A stretch of DNA of 44,647 nucleotides. It comes from Deltaproteobacteria bacterium. GTDB taxonomy: Bacteria > Desulfobacterota > Desulfarculia > Adiutricales > JAFDHD01. Shown in pieces: positions 9,113-21,634 of this stretch. The stretch lies in the NCBI GenBank assembly GCA_019306365.1, contig JAFDLS010000016.1:1-44647 (forward strand), written 5' to 3'. Under the pieces are notes generated by a model. It saw only the letters and a list, made by a program, of their open reading frames with translations, was not told where the DNA came from and did not search any database. The number at the start of each line of letters is the position of its first letter. Position 1 is the first letter of the stretch. Both the position numbers and the translations under genes were made by a program.

Positions 9113-9892
9113 TCACAGTTTGAAATTGTCTCCCAGGTAAATCCTGCGGGCCAATTCGCTCTCAACGATCGTCTCAGGTGTGCCTTCTTCGATTACCACA
9201 CCCTCATTGAGAATGTAGGCCCGGTCGCATACACCCAGGGTTTCCCGAACATTGTGATCTGAAATCAAAATTCCGATACCTCGTTCCTTGAGGTGTCGAA
9301 TTATATTCTGAATATCTATTACGACCAGAGGGTCTATCCCGGCAAAGGGCTCATCCAAAAGTATAAAAGCCGGTTCAGTGGCAAGGGCCCGGCTTATTTC
9401 CACACGCCGCCGCTCACCGCCGGAAAGAGCGAAAGACTTTGTCTTGGCCAGGTGGGAAATACCCATTTCCTTGAGCAAGCCTTTGAGCCTGTGCTGCCGC
9501 TCGGCTCGGGAAAGTCCAAGCGTCTCCAGAATGGCCAGGATGTTTTCCGCAACCGTCAATTTGCGAAATACGCTGGGTTCCTGGGGGAGGTAGGATATGC
9601 CCAGTTGAGCGCGTTTGTACATTGGGGTGCGGGTAAGGTCGGTTTTACTGAGAAAAACGCGCCCCTCATCAGGCTGAATCAGACCGACGGTCATGTAAAA
9701 AGTGGTTGTTTTCCCGGCGCCATTGGGTCCCAAAAGACCCACAATCTCCCCATGATTAAGCTTGAAAGAAACACGGTCAACAACCCGTTTCCGCCCATAA
9801 TTCTTGACAAGACCATCAGCCTGAAGGCAGACCTTCGGGACTTCGGCTTTAAGGTCTCGCAAATCCGGTGTCTTATGAGGCAGAAAGGGCAT
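9113..9892 (-). CDS. lptB: LPS export ABC transporter ATP-binding protein
   Basis: [51 protein letters not shown]. Confidence 0.97.
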   Translation of the reverse strand: MPFLPHKTPDLRDLKAEVPKVCLQADGLVKNYGRKRVVDRVSFKLNHGEIVGLLGPNGAGKTTTFYMTVGLIQPDEGRVFLSKTDLTRTPMYKRAQLGISYLPQEPSVFRKLTVAENILAILETLGLSRAERQHRLKGLLKEMGISHLAKTKSFALSGGERRRVEISRALATEPAFILLDEPFAGIDPLVVIDIQNIIRHLKERGIGILISDHNVRETLGVCDRAYILNEGVVIEEGTPETIVESELARRIYLGDNFKL

Positions 9893-10611
9893 TACTGCTT
9901 TTCCTTCGTTTCACTTTTAGGGGCAGGCGGCTCATCTCGCTTTTGGGGCGGCTGGTAAAAGGTAGCCTTGACCTTTTTCTCCGGTCCGCTTTCTATGACA
10001 CTCCGGCCATCATCCAAATACATTGTTATCCGGTCCCCGCTCAGGACATCTTTACCTCGCCAGACTTGAGGTGAATCGGTGAAGGTAATCAGACGGGATT
10101 TGGTTTCATAAACCGCTTTGCCGGCCAGGGCGACGCTGTTCTTCATGGCGACCTTAACATGACCTTCGGCTTCCAGCCGCAAAATTTCACGGTGGACTTC
10201 CGCATCTTTCTTTTGAGCGGGTTTGGAAGCGCTGGCTGGCGGAGATGAGCCGGAGTCAGGGTTCGAGTTCTGGTTTTTCGTGGTTACCCTGATTTCCCTG
10301 TAAAAAACCCGGGCGATATCGCAGGTCAGAACCAAATCCTCCCAGCGAATCGTAACCTTTCCGTTCAAGAATACCACTTTCTTATTGTCATCCACTTCGA
10401 GGCGATCAGTGGTAATCTGAATCGAACCGCTCTGAATCTTTTTCTTTTTAGCCGTGGATGAATCGGGATCGGTTTGCGGCCGTACCTGATCAACAGAGGC
10501 ATTCTCCTTTGACCCGGTTTTTATCCCGGCTGACATAACCGCTTCCGGAAAGGCGAAAACGGCGGAAAAAGAAAAAAAGCTAAGCAAAAAGAAGACTACA
10601 GAAATCCTCAT
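9892..10611 (-). CDS. lptA: LptA/OstA family periplasmic LPS transport protein
   Basis: Signal peptide; [23 protein letters not shown] OstA-like repeats; between lptC and lptB. Confidence 0.85.
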   Translation of the reverse strand: MRISVVFFLLSFFSFSAVFAFPEAVMSAGIKTGSKENASVDQVRPQTDPDSSTAKKKKIQSGSIQITTDRLEVDDNKKVVFLNGKVTIRWEDLVLTCDIARVFYREIRVTTKNQNSNPDSGSSPPASASKPAQKKDAEVHREILRLEAEGHVKVAMKNSVALAGKAVYETKSRLITFTDSPQVWRGKDVLSGDRITMYLDDGRSVIESGPEKKVKATFYQPPQKRDEPPAPKSETKEKQ

Positions 10612-10627
10612 TTCTGTTAATATACTC

Positions 10628-11197
10628 CTAAGTTGAATCGAAAAGAGCCCTGGCCTCCCTACCTATCTGTAAACGGCGGCTGTCTACATCCAGGGTAAGG
10701 TCGCGACCATCCAGGGTAAGCTTTGGGCCCATGATTTTGAAGCGACCTGGGACGAGAAGCAGTTTAGTATCCACCTTGTAAATCAGCTCGTTCGCTGTTA
10801 AGCGATAGCCCTCGATATTATGAATCAAAACATGGCCGATCAGCTTAACCATCTTGGCTTTTCGGTCATATTTGGCTTTTTCCCCGCTAACAAGGATCCT
10901 TCCCTGGGAAGCGTTTAGCAGCACGATTTCAACCTGGTCAAAATGAAGAAGTTGATTGAACTTGGAGTACCGCATCGCGTCAGCTTTAAGCGTCCATTCG
11001 TCACGCCCTTCCTTGACCTCCGTGTAATTTACACCTCTCAGGTGCATGTCCACGTTGGTCGGCAGAAGGCTGAGAGCCCGCTTGGGTTTGAGGTCAAGTT
11101 GTTTCCCCCAGAAAAACAAGCCAACGCTTACCACCGCCAGCGCTAAGAGGCTGGTTATAAGCAGTATTTTGATCCTGCGTGCTTGAAACAAACCCAT
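10628..11197 (-). CDS. lptC: LPS export protein LptC
   Basis: N-terminal TM anchor, EWTLKAD beta-jellyroll pattern, kdsC-lptC-lptA-lptB synteny. Confidence 0.82.
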   Translation of the reverse strand: MGLFQARRIKILLITSLLALAVVSVGLFFWGKQLDLKPKRALSLLPTNVDMHLRGVNYTEVKEGRDEWTLKADAMRYSKFNQLLHFDQVEIVLLNASQGRILVSGEKAKYDRKAKMVKLIGHVLIHNIEGYRLTANELIYKVDTKLLLVPGRFKIMGPKLTLDGRDLTLDVDSRRLQIGREARALFDST

Positions 11198-11240
11198 ATT
11201 TTAAAAGCCAATCCCTTGTAAATCCGCTTATACCTTTAAA

Positions 11241-11269
11241 ATCATATCAGGGAAGTTGAGATGTGTAAA
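11241..11269 (-). promoter_or_regulatory. Putative internal sigma70 promoter for lptC-lptA-lptB-rpoN
   Basis: Minus strand TTTACA (11269-11264), 17 nt spacer, TATGAT (11246-11241) preceded by TGn (extended -10). Confidence 0.5.
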
Positions 11270-11348
11270 GCAAATATTATGCCGATTTTTACCTATAATT
11301 TTAGGAAGATCTTTGAAGCGTATGTTGGGTAGGCTGAATAAAATAAAA

Positions 11349-11870
11349 TTAATAATATCTTTCTGTTATTGACTCCCAGAGTCCTTGACCCTTTAATATC
11401 ATCTCAGCCATCTCACGTACGGCGCCCCGGCCTCCGGCATTCTGACAGACAAAATGGACCGCTTCCTTTATTTCAGGCCGGGCGTCCGCCGGAGCCATTG
11501 ACAGACCAACCCGGCGCAGAACCGGCAGGTCAATCAAATCGTCGCCCGCAAAAGCCACCTTCCGGTCAGTCAAACCAAATTCATCCAAAATCTCCTCATA
11601 GACCGTGAGCTTTACTTTAGCCCCCTGGCGAATTATATCCACTCCCAGCTCCGCTGCCCTAAACTCTACGACCCGGCTCTCCCGGCCGGTGAGGAAGGCG
11701 ATTTCAAGCCCGGCCCGTTTCAACCATTTTATGCCTGTACCATCACGCACATCAAAAAATTTACTCTCCACACCATTATTGTCCATAACAATCCGCCCAT
11801 CGGTGAGCACCCCATCCACGTCAAAAATCACCAGCTTTATCGGCTCGATTAAAGCCCGCTCAAGATTCAC
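11349..11870 (-). CDS. kdsC: KDO 8-phosphate phosphatase (HAD family)
   Basis: FDVDGVLTDG, FDVRDG.GI, GDDLIDLP, GGRGAVRE. Confidence 0.95.
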   Translation of the reverse strand: MNLERALIEPIKLVIFDVDGVLTDGRIVMDNNGVESKFFDVRDGTGIKWLKRAGLEIAFLTGRESRVVEFRAAELGVDIIRQGAKVKLTVYEEILDEFGLTDRKVAFAGDDLIDLPVLRRVGLSMAPADARPEIKEAVHFVCQNAGGRGAVREMAEMILKGQGLWESITERYY

Positions 11871-12709
11871 CTGTACTCTCCCTGTTTCACTAGCCTGACA
11901 ACTGAATCGATTTCCTTTAAAAACCGAAGCAGGTCAGAGAATTGATCTTTATGAAGCGAATTGAGGCCATCGCACAAGGCCCGGTCAGGATCAGGATGAA
12001 CTTCCATAAAAACTCCGTCCACTCCGGCCGCGACGGCGGCCCTGGCCAGCGTTCCAATAAACTCCCTTTGCCCTCCCGAAGCGCCTTCGCCCCCGCCTGG
12101 AAGCTGGACGCTGTGGGTGGCGTCAAATATGACCGGATAGCCAAACGACCGCATGATGGGCAGAGAACGCATGTCCACCACCAGATTATTGTACCCGAAA
12201 GACGCGCCTCGTTCGGTGATCATCAGGTTTTCATTACCTGTGGCGGTAAGTTTTCCGATCACATGTTTTACGTCCATAGGGGCAAGAAACTGACCTTTTT
12301 TGACATTCACCGGCTTGCCCGTTCGTCCTGCCGCCTGAAGGAGATCCGTCTGGCGGCTCAGGAAGGCCGGAATCTGGATAACATCAAGAAAATCGGCCGC
12401 TATTTCGGCCTCCCCGACTGAGTGAACGTCGCTGAGCACCGGCACACCCACTTCTTGCCGAATTTCCTTTAAAAAGGTCAAGCCTTTTTCCAATCCCGGA
12501 CCGCGATAAGAATTAACGCCCGTTCGATTGGCTTTATCATATGAGGCCTTGAAAACGTAATTCAGACCCAGCTTTTGTGTCTCGGCTTTTAAAAATCGAG
12601 CCAGGTTCAGCACCATCTCCGGTTCCTCGATGACGCATGGTCCAGCCACTACAAGCAGTGGTTGATCGCCTCCAACCGCGATATCACCAATTTGTACAAT
12701 CCTGGTCAT
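11867..12709 (-). CDS. kdsA: KDO 8-phosphate synthase
   Basis: AGPCVIE, KASYDKANRT, QIPAFLSRQTDL, KKGQFLAP, FDATHSVQ. Confidence 0.98.
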   Translation of the reverse strand: MTRIVQIGDIAVGGDQPLLVVAGPCVIEEPEMVLNLARFLKAETQKLGLNYVFKASYDKANRTGVNSYRGPGLEKGLTFLKEIRQEVGVPVLSDVHSVGEAEIAADFLDVIQIPAFLSRQTDLLQAAGRTGKPVNVKKGQFLAPMDVKHVIGKLTATGNENLMITERGASFGYNNLVVDMRSLPIMRSFGYPVIFDATHSVQLPGGGEGASGGQREFIGTLARAAVAAGVDGVFMEVHPDPDRALCDGLNSLHKDQFSDLLRFLKEIDSVVRLVKQGEYR

Positions 12710-12762
12710 GTGTTTTGTACCTTGCTCCTTTTGTAAATGAAAAAAGCCGCGTAACCGCCAGA

Positions 12763-14466
<1,704 letters not shown>

Positions 14467-14701
14467 TTAGACTAACCCGAAATCCCGCTGGATGTCAAGA
14501 CACATCCGGACCAGATCAAGAAATTATATGAAACCCCGCAAAAGCTCGGTCTAATTGATCCGCCGAGAATCTGCGATCACCCGCGTTGACCGATATTTTC
14601 AAAGGTGAAAATAAAGTGAACATTTTTAAAAAAAATACGGGCTTTGATGTTTATCCTGTCCTATGGTAAAAATTATACTATTTCCTATAAGGTGGCCGCT
14701 A

Positions 14702-15505
14702 ATGAAAAGATTCGCGTTTCTCTTTTTTTATCTGCCCGTTCTGTTTTGGGCTCTGCCGGTTCAAGCCGGATCGATCTCCATACAAACTTACGCTACCTGT
14801 ACTTTGATGGAAGAAAGCGTCAGGGTTAACGTTATCACGGCCAACGTCGGCCAAGAGGCGGCGAAGAACATCCAGGTACATGCCATCTTTCAGGATACCG
14901 TCCGGTCCTCCAAGGTGCTTCCTTCTCTCAAACCAGGCCAGACTTACAAATCTTTTATTGATATTCACCCCAAGCTGGCACTGCCTGGTTCGTACCCGGT
15001 TGAAGTTCGAGTGGATTTCCATGACCTCAACGACTATCTGTTCACCAGCCTGGCCCACGCGTCCTTTATCTATAAGGAGGCGGTCAATATCCAGGTCTTT
15101 GTCCGGCCGACCGAAGCCGAGCTGACCGGCAAAGCCAAGTTGAACCTGGAGGTTTTAAACATGGACCAGGCGGACCGGGAAGTGAGAATTCGATTGCTCG
15201 TACCCCGCGAATTACAGGTGAAACCTGCTGAGCAAACACTGCGCCTCAAAGGAGGAGGAAAACAAAAGGTAACTTTTAAGCTGAAGAATTTTTCAGCCAT
15301 CGAGGGTTCGGCCTATCCCGTGTTTTCTTTCCTTGAATACGAGGCCGATGGACGGCATTACAGCAACGTGGCCGAAAGCAGGGTTCAAGTGACCGCCGGA
15401 CAAAATTTCTTCGAAAAGCACACTTCGGCCCTGATTATTGTCATCGCGGCCCTGGGACTTGTCGTGGTTTTATTTCAGGTATTTCGAACCGTGAAAAAAG
15501 CATAA
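14702..15505 (+). CDS. Exported protein with beta-rich (Ig/CARDB-like) domains and a C-terminal membrane anchor
   Basis: From ATG 14702: signal peptide MKRFAFLFFYLPVLFWALPVQA; alternating beta-strand patterns with GSYPV/GSAYPV; C-terminal hydrophobic helix followed by RTVKKA. The fold assignment is inference. Confidence 0.7.
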   Translation: MKRFAFLFFYLPVLFWALPVQAGSISIQTYATCTLMEESVRVNVITANVGQEAAKNIQVHAIFQDTVRSSKVLPSLKPGQTYKSFIDIHPKLALPGSYPVEVRVDFHDLNDYLFTSLAHASFIYKEAVNIQVFVRPTEAELTGKAKLNLEVLNMDQADREVRIRLLVPRELQVKPAEQTLRLKGGGKQKVTFKLKNFSAIEGSAYPVFSFLEYEADGRHYSNVAESRVQVTAGQNFFEKHTSALIIVIAALGLVVVLFQVFRTVKKA

Positions 15506-15516
15506 GGGGTTAAGAC

Positions 15517-18401
15517 TTGTTCCACTTTCCGCTCAATCAGAAAAACCTGAACCGGCTGGGGGCAATCAGTCTGTTCTTTCTTGTTTATGTCTTTCTTTGT
15601 AGCTACCTCAAGCCGGGGCTTATTCTGAAAGACACCATCATCACCGGCGGTGACACGGCCAGTCATTACTTAACCGCGGTTTATCTCAGGGATCACCTCC
15701 TGCCTCAATGGCGCATCATGGGCTGGTTTCCCGGGAACTACGCCGGATTCTGCCTGTTCCAGTTTTATTTCCCCCTACCCTTCCTGTTCATGAGTCTGCT
15801 CAGCGTTTTAATTCCTCTGACTATCTCATTCAAAATCATCAGTCTGGCCGGGGTCTTCAGTCTGCCCGCCGGGGCTTACGTCTGTCTGAAGCAAATGGGT
15901 TTCAAGGCCCCTGAACCTGAACTTGGTATGGTGTTTGTACTGCCTTTCCTGTTCATGGAAGCCAATTCCATGTGGGGAGGCAATATCCCTTCGACTCTGG
16001 CCGGGGAATTCGCCTATGGCATCGGACTGACACTTTCCCTGATATACCTCGGACGCTTCTACAGGAGCATCCAAACCGGACGGAACGTTTTTTCCAACGC
16101 TTTACTTCTGGCACTAGCCGGGTTGGCGCACGGCTACACGTTGATCTTCTGTGTGGTTGGAGTGAGTTTTTTTTTGATAACGACTCGCAACTGGCTTTTC
16201 AGGCTGGTTTATATCCTTAAGGTCAACCTTCTGGCCTTCTGCTTCATGGGTTTCTGGATTGTGCCTTTACTGCTTTTTCTGCCTTACACGGTGCCTTATT
16301 TTCCCCGGATTCTCTGGCCTTTTATTTTCGCGAGTCTGGCCGGGATTGCTTTGAGCCTTCCTCTGCCGCGCCGGTTGTCACCGGAAAAAAACGGCGCTCC
16401 ATTTCTTCTCTATTTGATCCTGATCACCGGCGTTTTTTATCTTATCGCTCCGAAGATCGGCCTGGTTGATATCCGTTTCATCCCCTTTGGGCAGGTTTTC
16501 CTGGTTCTTCTTGGAGCGGTGGGCGCGGGCCGTTTGCTTGGTCTTTTCCGGCTGAAAACAATCGCGGCCCTGGCTCTGGCCATTGGCACCGTGGTCTGGA
16601 CCGCTCACCAGGTGCATTTTATCGACCGGTGGATGGAATGGAACTACTCCGGTTATGAAAGCAAACTGCCGCGAAAACCAGATCCGTCGGATCGCTTCGC
16701 GCGTTTGAGTCCCTGCCTCTTTTCGCCGGGCGAGCGACTCTGGAAGGGTTGTACATGCAGTCCAGCCTCTCCGCCCCGTTTGTCTTTTATATCCAGTCTG
16801 AAATTTCGAAGATCTATTCCTCACCGCTCATGAACTACAATTACAGCCGCTTCGATCTGGATAAAGCTCAACGTCACCTGGAACTCTTCAATGTGGGCCA
16901 ATACGTTACCGTAACCGAGGAGGCCAGATCCGAGGCGTTTGAAACCGCCGGGCTTCAATTCGAAAAAGACTTCCCTCCTTTTGCCCTGTTCAGGCTGACT
17001 CAAAACAAAAATCGCTACGTGATCCAACCAAAATTCAAACCGGTATTGGCCATATCGGAAAACCCCAAGGCCGACGCCTTTACCTGGTTCAGGTGGAGCG
17101 ACCTTGAGGTGCCTCTGGTATTCTCCACAAAAGCCAGTGAGGAGGAAAAGAATTACTTTGCCGCGGTCCTTGAACCGGAAGCGGCGAGGGAGAAGTTTCA
17201 AAACCTTCCCCGCCAGCACGTTCCTTCTGCGGCGGAAGTTAAAGAGACCATTAAAAACGGTGAAATCATAATCGATGGAGCCACGCCCGGTCAGCCTCTT
17301 TGGATCAAGGTCTCATACCACCCCAACTGGCGGGTTGAGGGCGCTGATCGCGTCTTTCGAGCCAGTCCGGCCTTCATGCTCATCTTTCCGGCCAGCCCGC
17401 ACGTACGCCTGTATTTCAGCCGAACCTGGCCTGAGTACCTGGGTTTGATCCTGACTCTAACCGGCGGCCTGATTGTTTTGACCCGGCTTTTGTTTTTGAG
17501 GCCCCGATCCGTGGAACCTGATTTTTCAACCGTTTTTGATAAGCCCCTGGCCGGATTGACAGCGATCATGCGCCCACGGGCCGGTCTAGTTTTGGGCGTC
17601 ATTATAACGCTGGTCCTGGCCGCGCTTTTGACCCTTGTTTTGGCCGTGCGCTACCAGGACCCCACCATCTACCATAATCGCGGGTTGAAATACTTTCAAA
17701 CCGAAAACTGGAAACAGGCTCGAGCCGTATTCAGCGAGGCGGTGAAGCGGTATCCCCTTTCGCCCATCGTGGATCAAACCCTGCACCATCTGGCCCTTTC
17801 CTACTTCAATGATCAGCGATACGAACAAGCTCTGGCGACCTGGCTCCGCTTTCCCAACGAATATCCGGAAAGCCGCGTTTTACCTGAAGCGCTCTACCAC
17901 ATCGGGCTCTGTCACCAGCGCGCGAAACGACTTGATGAAGCCGGCCGAACCTTCAGCGCGGTGATAAAAGAATTTCCGCATTCGCCCTGGGCCGGGGAAT
18001 CGAGCCACCGTTTATCGGAAATCTACGGGCCAGCCGGACTCTTTAAGAGGGCTATGAATTTTTATGACCAGGCACGCTATAGGCAAGCCTATTGTTTTTT
18101 CTTTGAAACGCGCGAAAAAACTGGAGAGCCGCGCCTGAAGGAGCGCGCCACCTATTTTGCGGCTCTTTCTTTATTCAAGGCTGAAGAATGGGTGGATGCC
18201 ATGGCCGCCTTTCGGGATTTACTGGCGGAATTTTCCACGGGAGAATATAATGCTGAGGCATATTTTCATCTTGGCCTGATCAATCTTCGAATCGGTGATA
18301 TCGGGGAAAGCCGAAAAGCCTTTCAAACAGTTATAAACAGTTACCCTAATAGCCGGTGGAACGGCTTAGCGCGGGAAAAATTAAAAAGCCTTGAACAGTG
18401 A
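15517..18401 (+). pseudogene. GT-C-like polytopic membrane protein (PTPS-related membrane protein family) with C-terminal TPRs, split into two frames near 16660-16670
   Basis: ORF 15517..16833 has many TM helices with GGDTASH, WFPGNYAG...FQFYFPLP, WGGNIPSTLAGEF. A second frame opens after TGA 16656-16658 and reads ...RAFESLPLFAGRATLEGLYMQSS...VSYHPNW, then TPRs to 18401. Confidence 0.7.
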
Positions 18402-18404
18402 GTC

Positions 18405-19665
18405 ATGAAACTACTCTTAATCAATCCAGACTTGCAGACAGTTCGAACCAGGACCAAACGCTATAACCGGGCCTGGCCTCCACTCGATCTGCTCAACTCC
18501 GCCGCCATACTCCGGCAGGCCGGGCATGAAGTCTCCCTGATAGACGCCAGGGCCACAGGTGCCGCAACCGATGAGATCAGGCAGGCGGCCGCCATGTCAG
18601 ACCTGGTTGTTCTCGACTCCAGTCCTTTAGACCGCTGGCAGTGCCCTGACCCCAACTGGAAAGGAATTACTGCTTTAGCCCGAAACTTATTTCCGGAAAA
18701 ACTGATTCTGACCGGGGCCCACGGAACTGTGCAGCCGGAGCTTATGCTGAATGAATCAGGGGCCGCAGCCCTTATCCGCGGGGAGTTCGAAGACTCCCTG
18801 CTTGCAATGGCCAACGCCGGGGCAGACCCCAAAGGTATTCCCGGGTTGTCCTACCAAGATTCGGGAAGGACCATCCACGAGCCGGATCAGACCCCGATAA
18901 ACCTTGCTGGCCCTGCTCGAAACCTCCCGAGGATGCCCGTTCTCGTGCTCATTCTGCCTCAAGGCCATGTATGGGTCAGGCATCAGAATCAAGTCCCTTA
19001 AGCGAGTGTTGGCTGAAGTGGAAGAGGTGGTTGGCCGATTCGGCGCCAAATTCGTATACTTCATTGACCTTGAATTCAGTCTCAATCGGGAGAACACCCT
19101 CAACCTCTGCCAGGAATTGATTCGAATGAATCTGGACTTTCGCTGGTGCTGTCAAACCAGGGCTGATACGGTGGATCGTGAACTGCTGGCCCTGATGAAG
19201 GAAGCGGGCTGTACCCTGATTCATTTTGGTGTGGAAACAGGTTCACCTCGCCTGCTGGACGAAACAAAAAAGAAAATCTCCCTTGAACAGATTCGAGCAA
19301 GCGTGAACTATTGCCATGACCTGGGCCTGGCCACGGCTTGTTTTTTTCTCTTCGGTTTGCCCGGTGAGACCGAGGATGATCGCCAGGCCACGGTCAGGGC
19401 CGCCCGTGAGTTGAACCCGACTTTCGCCTCATTTCACGTGGCCTCGCCTTACCCTGGCACCAGCCTTTATCAGCAGGCCGATGAAGACGATCCGTTTCCG
19501 GTCTGTCTGAACCGCGAGCACGACCTGGACCAGTTATCCCGCCAGGCCAAACGATCCTTTCTTTCCTTTTATCTCCGGCCGGCGTATATCATGGCCCGCC
19601 TTACAGAAGGCACGTTCAGGGAGAAGATCGATAGAGCCCGGCTTTTCTGGGAGTTCGTGCGATGA
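18405..19665 (+). pseudogene. Cobalamin-binding radical SAM enzyme, split into two frames near 18901-18909
   Basis: 18405 frame: B12-binding-domain pattern LLLINP...WPPLDLLNSAAILRQAGHEVSLIDA, LTGAHGT, IRGEFE. 18904 frame: ETSRGCPFSCSFC (CxxxCxxC), QTRAD, FGVETGS, FLFGLPGET, PYPGT. Confidence 0.75.
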
Positions 19666-20387
19666 AACCCGGTATGACAGTGCTGATCCCGGTTTTGAAC
19701 GAAGGGGATATTATCAAGGCGAATACTGAGCGTCTTCTGGCATACTGCAGAAAGCTGAGCCAACCCTTTGAAATCATCATCGTCAGTAACGGCTCCACGG
19801 ATCAGACAAACGAACTGGGCCGAAAACTGGGGAGAGACTTAGACGAGATCCATTTCCTTGAAATTCCGGAAAAAGGCGTGGGCCGGGCCTTTACCATCGG
19901 AGTGAAGCAAGCTAACTTCGATCGGATCATTTCCGTTGACATGGATCTCTCCATTGACCTGGGATTTATCAACCAGGCGCTGGATCTTTTGCAGGAAAAC
20001 CATATCGTGGTGGGTTCGAAGAAAATGGGCTCTCAAAATCGAACCCTATGGCGCATGGCCGGGAGCAGAGTTTTTATTTTGACCGTGCGCGCCCTGATCG
20101 GACTCCCGTTTGAGGATTACTCAATCGCGGCCAAGGCCTACCGCCGGGAAATAATCGTGAGATACCTGGACCGAATCGATTATGGAACTTCTTATGTCCT
20201 GGACATTATCTACCACGCTCTTTCCGACGGCGGGCGGGCCATCGAAGTCCCGGTCTATTGTGAGGATTTCAGGCCCAGTAAATTTAATCTGTTCAACGAA
20301 GCGCTTTATCGATTCTATAATGTCTTCCGGCTCTGGTGGAATTATCACCTCCGGTCGAGCGCCGCCAGGCATGACAATCAGCGCTGA
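19662..20387 (+). CDS. Glycosyltransferase family 2 (polyprenyl-phosphate glycosyltransferase-like)
   Basis: VLIPVLNE, SNGSTD, GVGRAF, DMD (DxD), IVVGSK, IEVPV; ATGA overlap with the upstream gene. Confidence 0.88.
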   Translation: MKPGMTVLIPVLNEGDIIKANTERLLAYCRKLSQPFEIIIVSNGSTDQTNELGRKLGRDLDEIHFLEIPEKGVGRAFTIGVKQANFDRIISVDMDLSIDLGFINQALDLLQENHIVVGSKKMGSQNRTLWRMAGSRVFILTVRALIGLPFEDYSIAAKAYRREIIVRYLDRIDYGTSYVLDIIYHALSDGGRAIEVPVYCEDFRPSKFNLFNEALYRFYNVFRLWWNYHLRSSAARHDNQR

Positions 20388-20393
20388 TATTAC

Positions 20394-21425
20394 TTAGAAG
20401 CCAACGTAACGGTCATAAAGCGCTCTGGCCTGGCCGGGGTCGGCGGTGCCATGGATAATGACCCTACCATCCGGGAAAACCGAAAACTGGAAATCCTCAG
20501 CCTCAAAGCGAACCAGATAATCATTGGAAGACATAATACTATCCTGATCCAGCCGCTGGATTAATTGATTCAGATCCAGCCTAAACTCTTTGGGCGGATT
20601 TACCTGAACGGCGTCAATACCGCACATGATTTCCGTGGTGGACCTGTCACGGCCTTCAAGGAACTCGAATCGCTTCTCCTGACAGCAGGGGCAGTCTTCG
20701 CGGGGACCGCTTTCCAAAGGTATGGCCTGATAAGAATTGTCCCAAAGCTCAAAAGTAAAAAGACCCGGATTCAAGCGTTCCTGTGCGCCGGAAAGTATTT
20801 TCATGGCCTCGCTTACACCGATTGAAGCGGCCACATTTGGAGTTGGACCGATGATTCCGGTGGTGTCACACGTGGGAAGAACGCCTGGCGGGGCCGGTTC
20901 TGGAAATAAACAGCGCAAACAGTTTGTCTCGCCCGGGATGATGGTCATAACGTTGCCGCTGGAACCGATCACGCCAATGTAGATCCAAGGCAGACCCAAG
21001 CTGACAGCGGCGTCATTGATCAGGTAGCGGGTCTCTTGATTATCCAGGCCGTCCAGAACCAGATCAACCCCGGACATAAGCTCGATAACATTATCCGGGT
21101 TAAGGTCCGCCACGACCCCTTCCACCTCGACCTCGCTATTCATCTCCCTGAGCCTTCGTTCAGCCAAGACGGCCTTGGGCAACCCGGTTTTCAGGTCAGC
21201 CTCCGTATACAGCAACTGACGGCCCAGGTTGCTCAATTCCAAAAAATCCCTGTCCACGACCCGCAACCGGCCAATCCCGGCCCGAACAAGCAGGGAGGCG
21301 ATTGTTCCGCCCAGGGCCCCGCAACCGGCGACCAGGACTCCGGCCTGCCTCAATCTGGCCTGCCCAGCCTGACCCAGCCCGTTGAAAAGTTCCTGTTTAC
21401 GATAACGGCGATTGTCCTGATTCAC
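20394..21425 (-). CDS. ThiF/MoeB family adenylyltransferase
   Basis: RYRKQ, GCGALGG, VDRDFLELSNLGRQLLY, DGLDN, CLRC and CPCC zinc motifs. Confidence 0.92.
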   Translation of the reverse strand: MNQDNRRYRKQELFNGLGQAGQARLRQAGVLVAGCGALGGTIASLLVRAGIGRLRVVDRDFLELSNLGRQLLYTEADLKTGLPKAVLAERRLREMNSEVEVEGVVADLNPDNVIELMSGVDLVLDGLDNQETRYLINDAAVSLGLPWIYIGVIGSSGNVMTIIPGETNCLRCLFPEPAPPGVLPTCDTTGIIGPTPNVAASIGVSEAMKILSGAQERLNPGLFTFELWDNSYQAIPLESGPREDCPCCQEKRFEFLEGRDRSTTEIMCGIDAVQVNPPKEFRLDLNQLIQRLDQDSIMSSNDYLVRFEAEDFQFSVFPDGRVIIHGTADPGQARALYDRYVGF

Positions 21426-21605
21426 TTCTTTCCTCCAATGAGATAATAAGGATGCGCTATTATTAGCCGCTTAGAGTTAATGTCAAAATTCGTTACGATT
21501 GGAGATTAAGTTCATATATCTGCAACTATTTTTAAATACAAAAAAATTGGCTGCAATCATAAAAATATCCGGGCGATCGTCTGGCCGCCGCCGCCTTCGG
21601 ATTCA

Positions 21606-21634
21606 TTGACCCATTAATTAAAAATTGTTATAAA
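21606..21634 (+). promoter_or_regulatory. Putative sigma70 promoter about 500 bp upstream of the Na/Pi cotransporter
   Basis: TTGACC (21606-21611), 17 nt spacer, TATAAA (21629-21634) preceded by TGt. AT-rich context lowers specificity. Confidence 0.35.

Noticed and set aside
16650-18910. Programmed ribosomal frameshifting or selenocysteine read-through joining the split genes
   Set aside because: The breaks are frame changes, not in-frame TGA. No canonical slippery heptamer or prfB-type site is present, and linker sequence appears to be missing.
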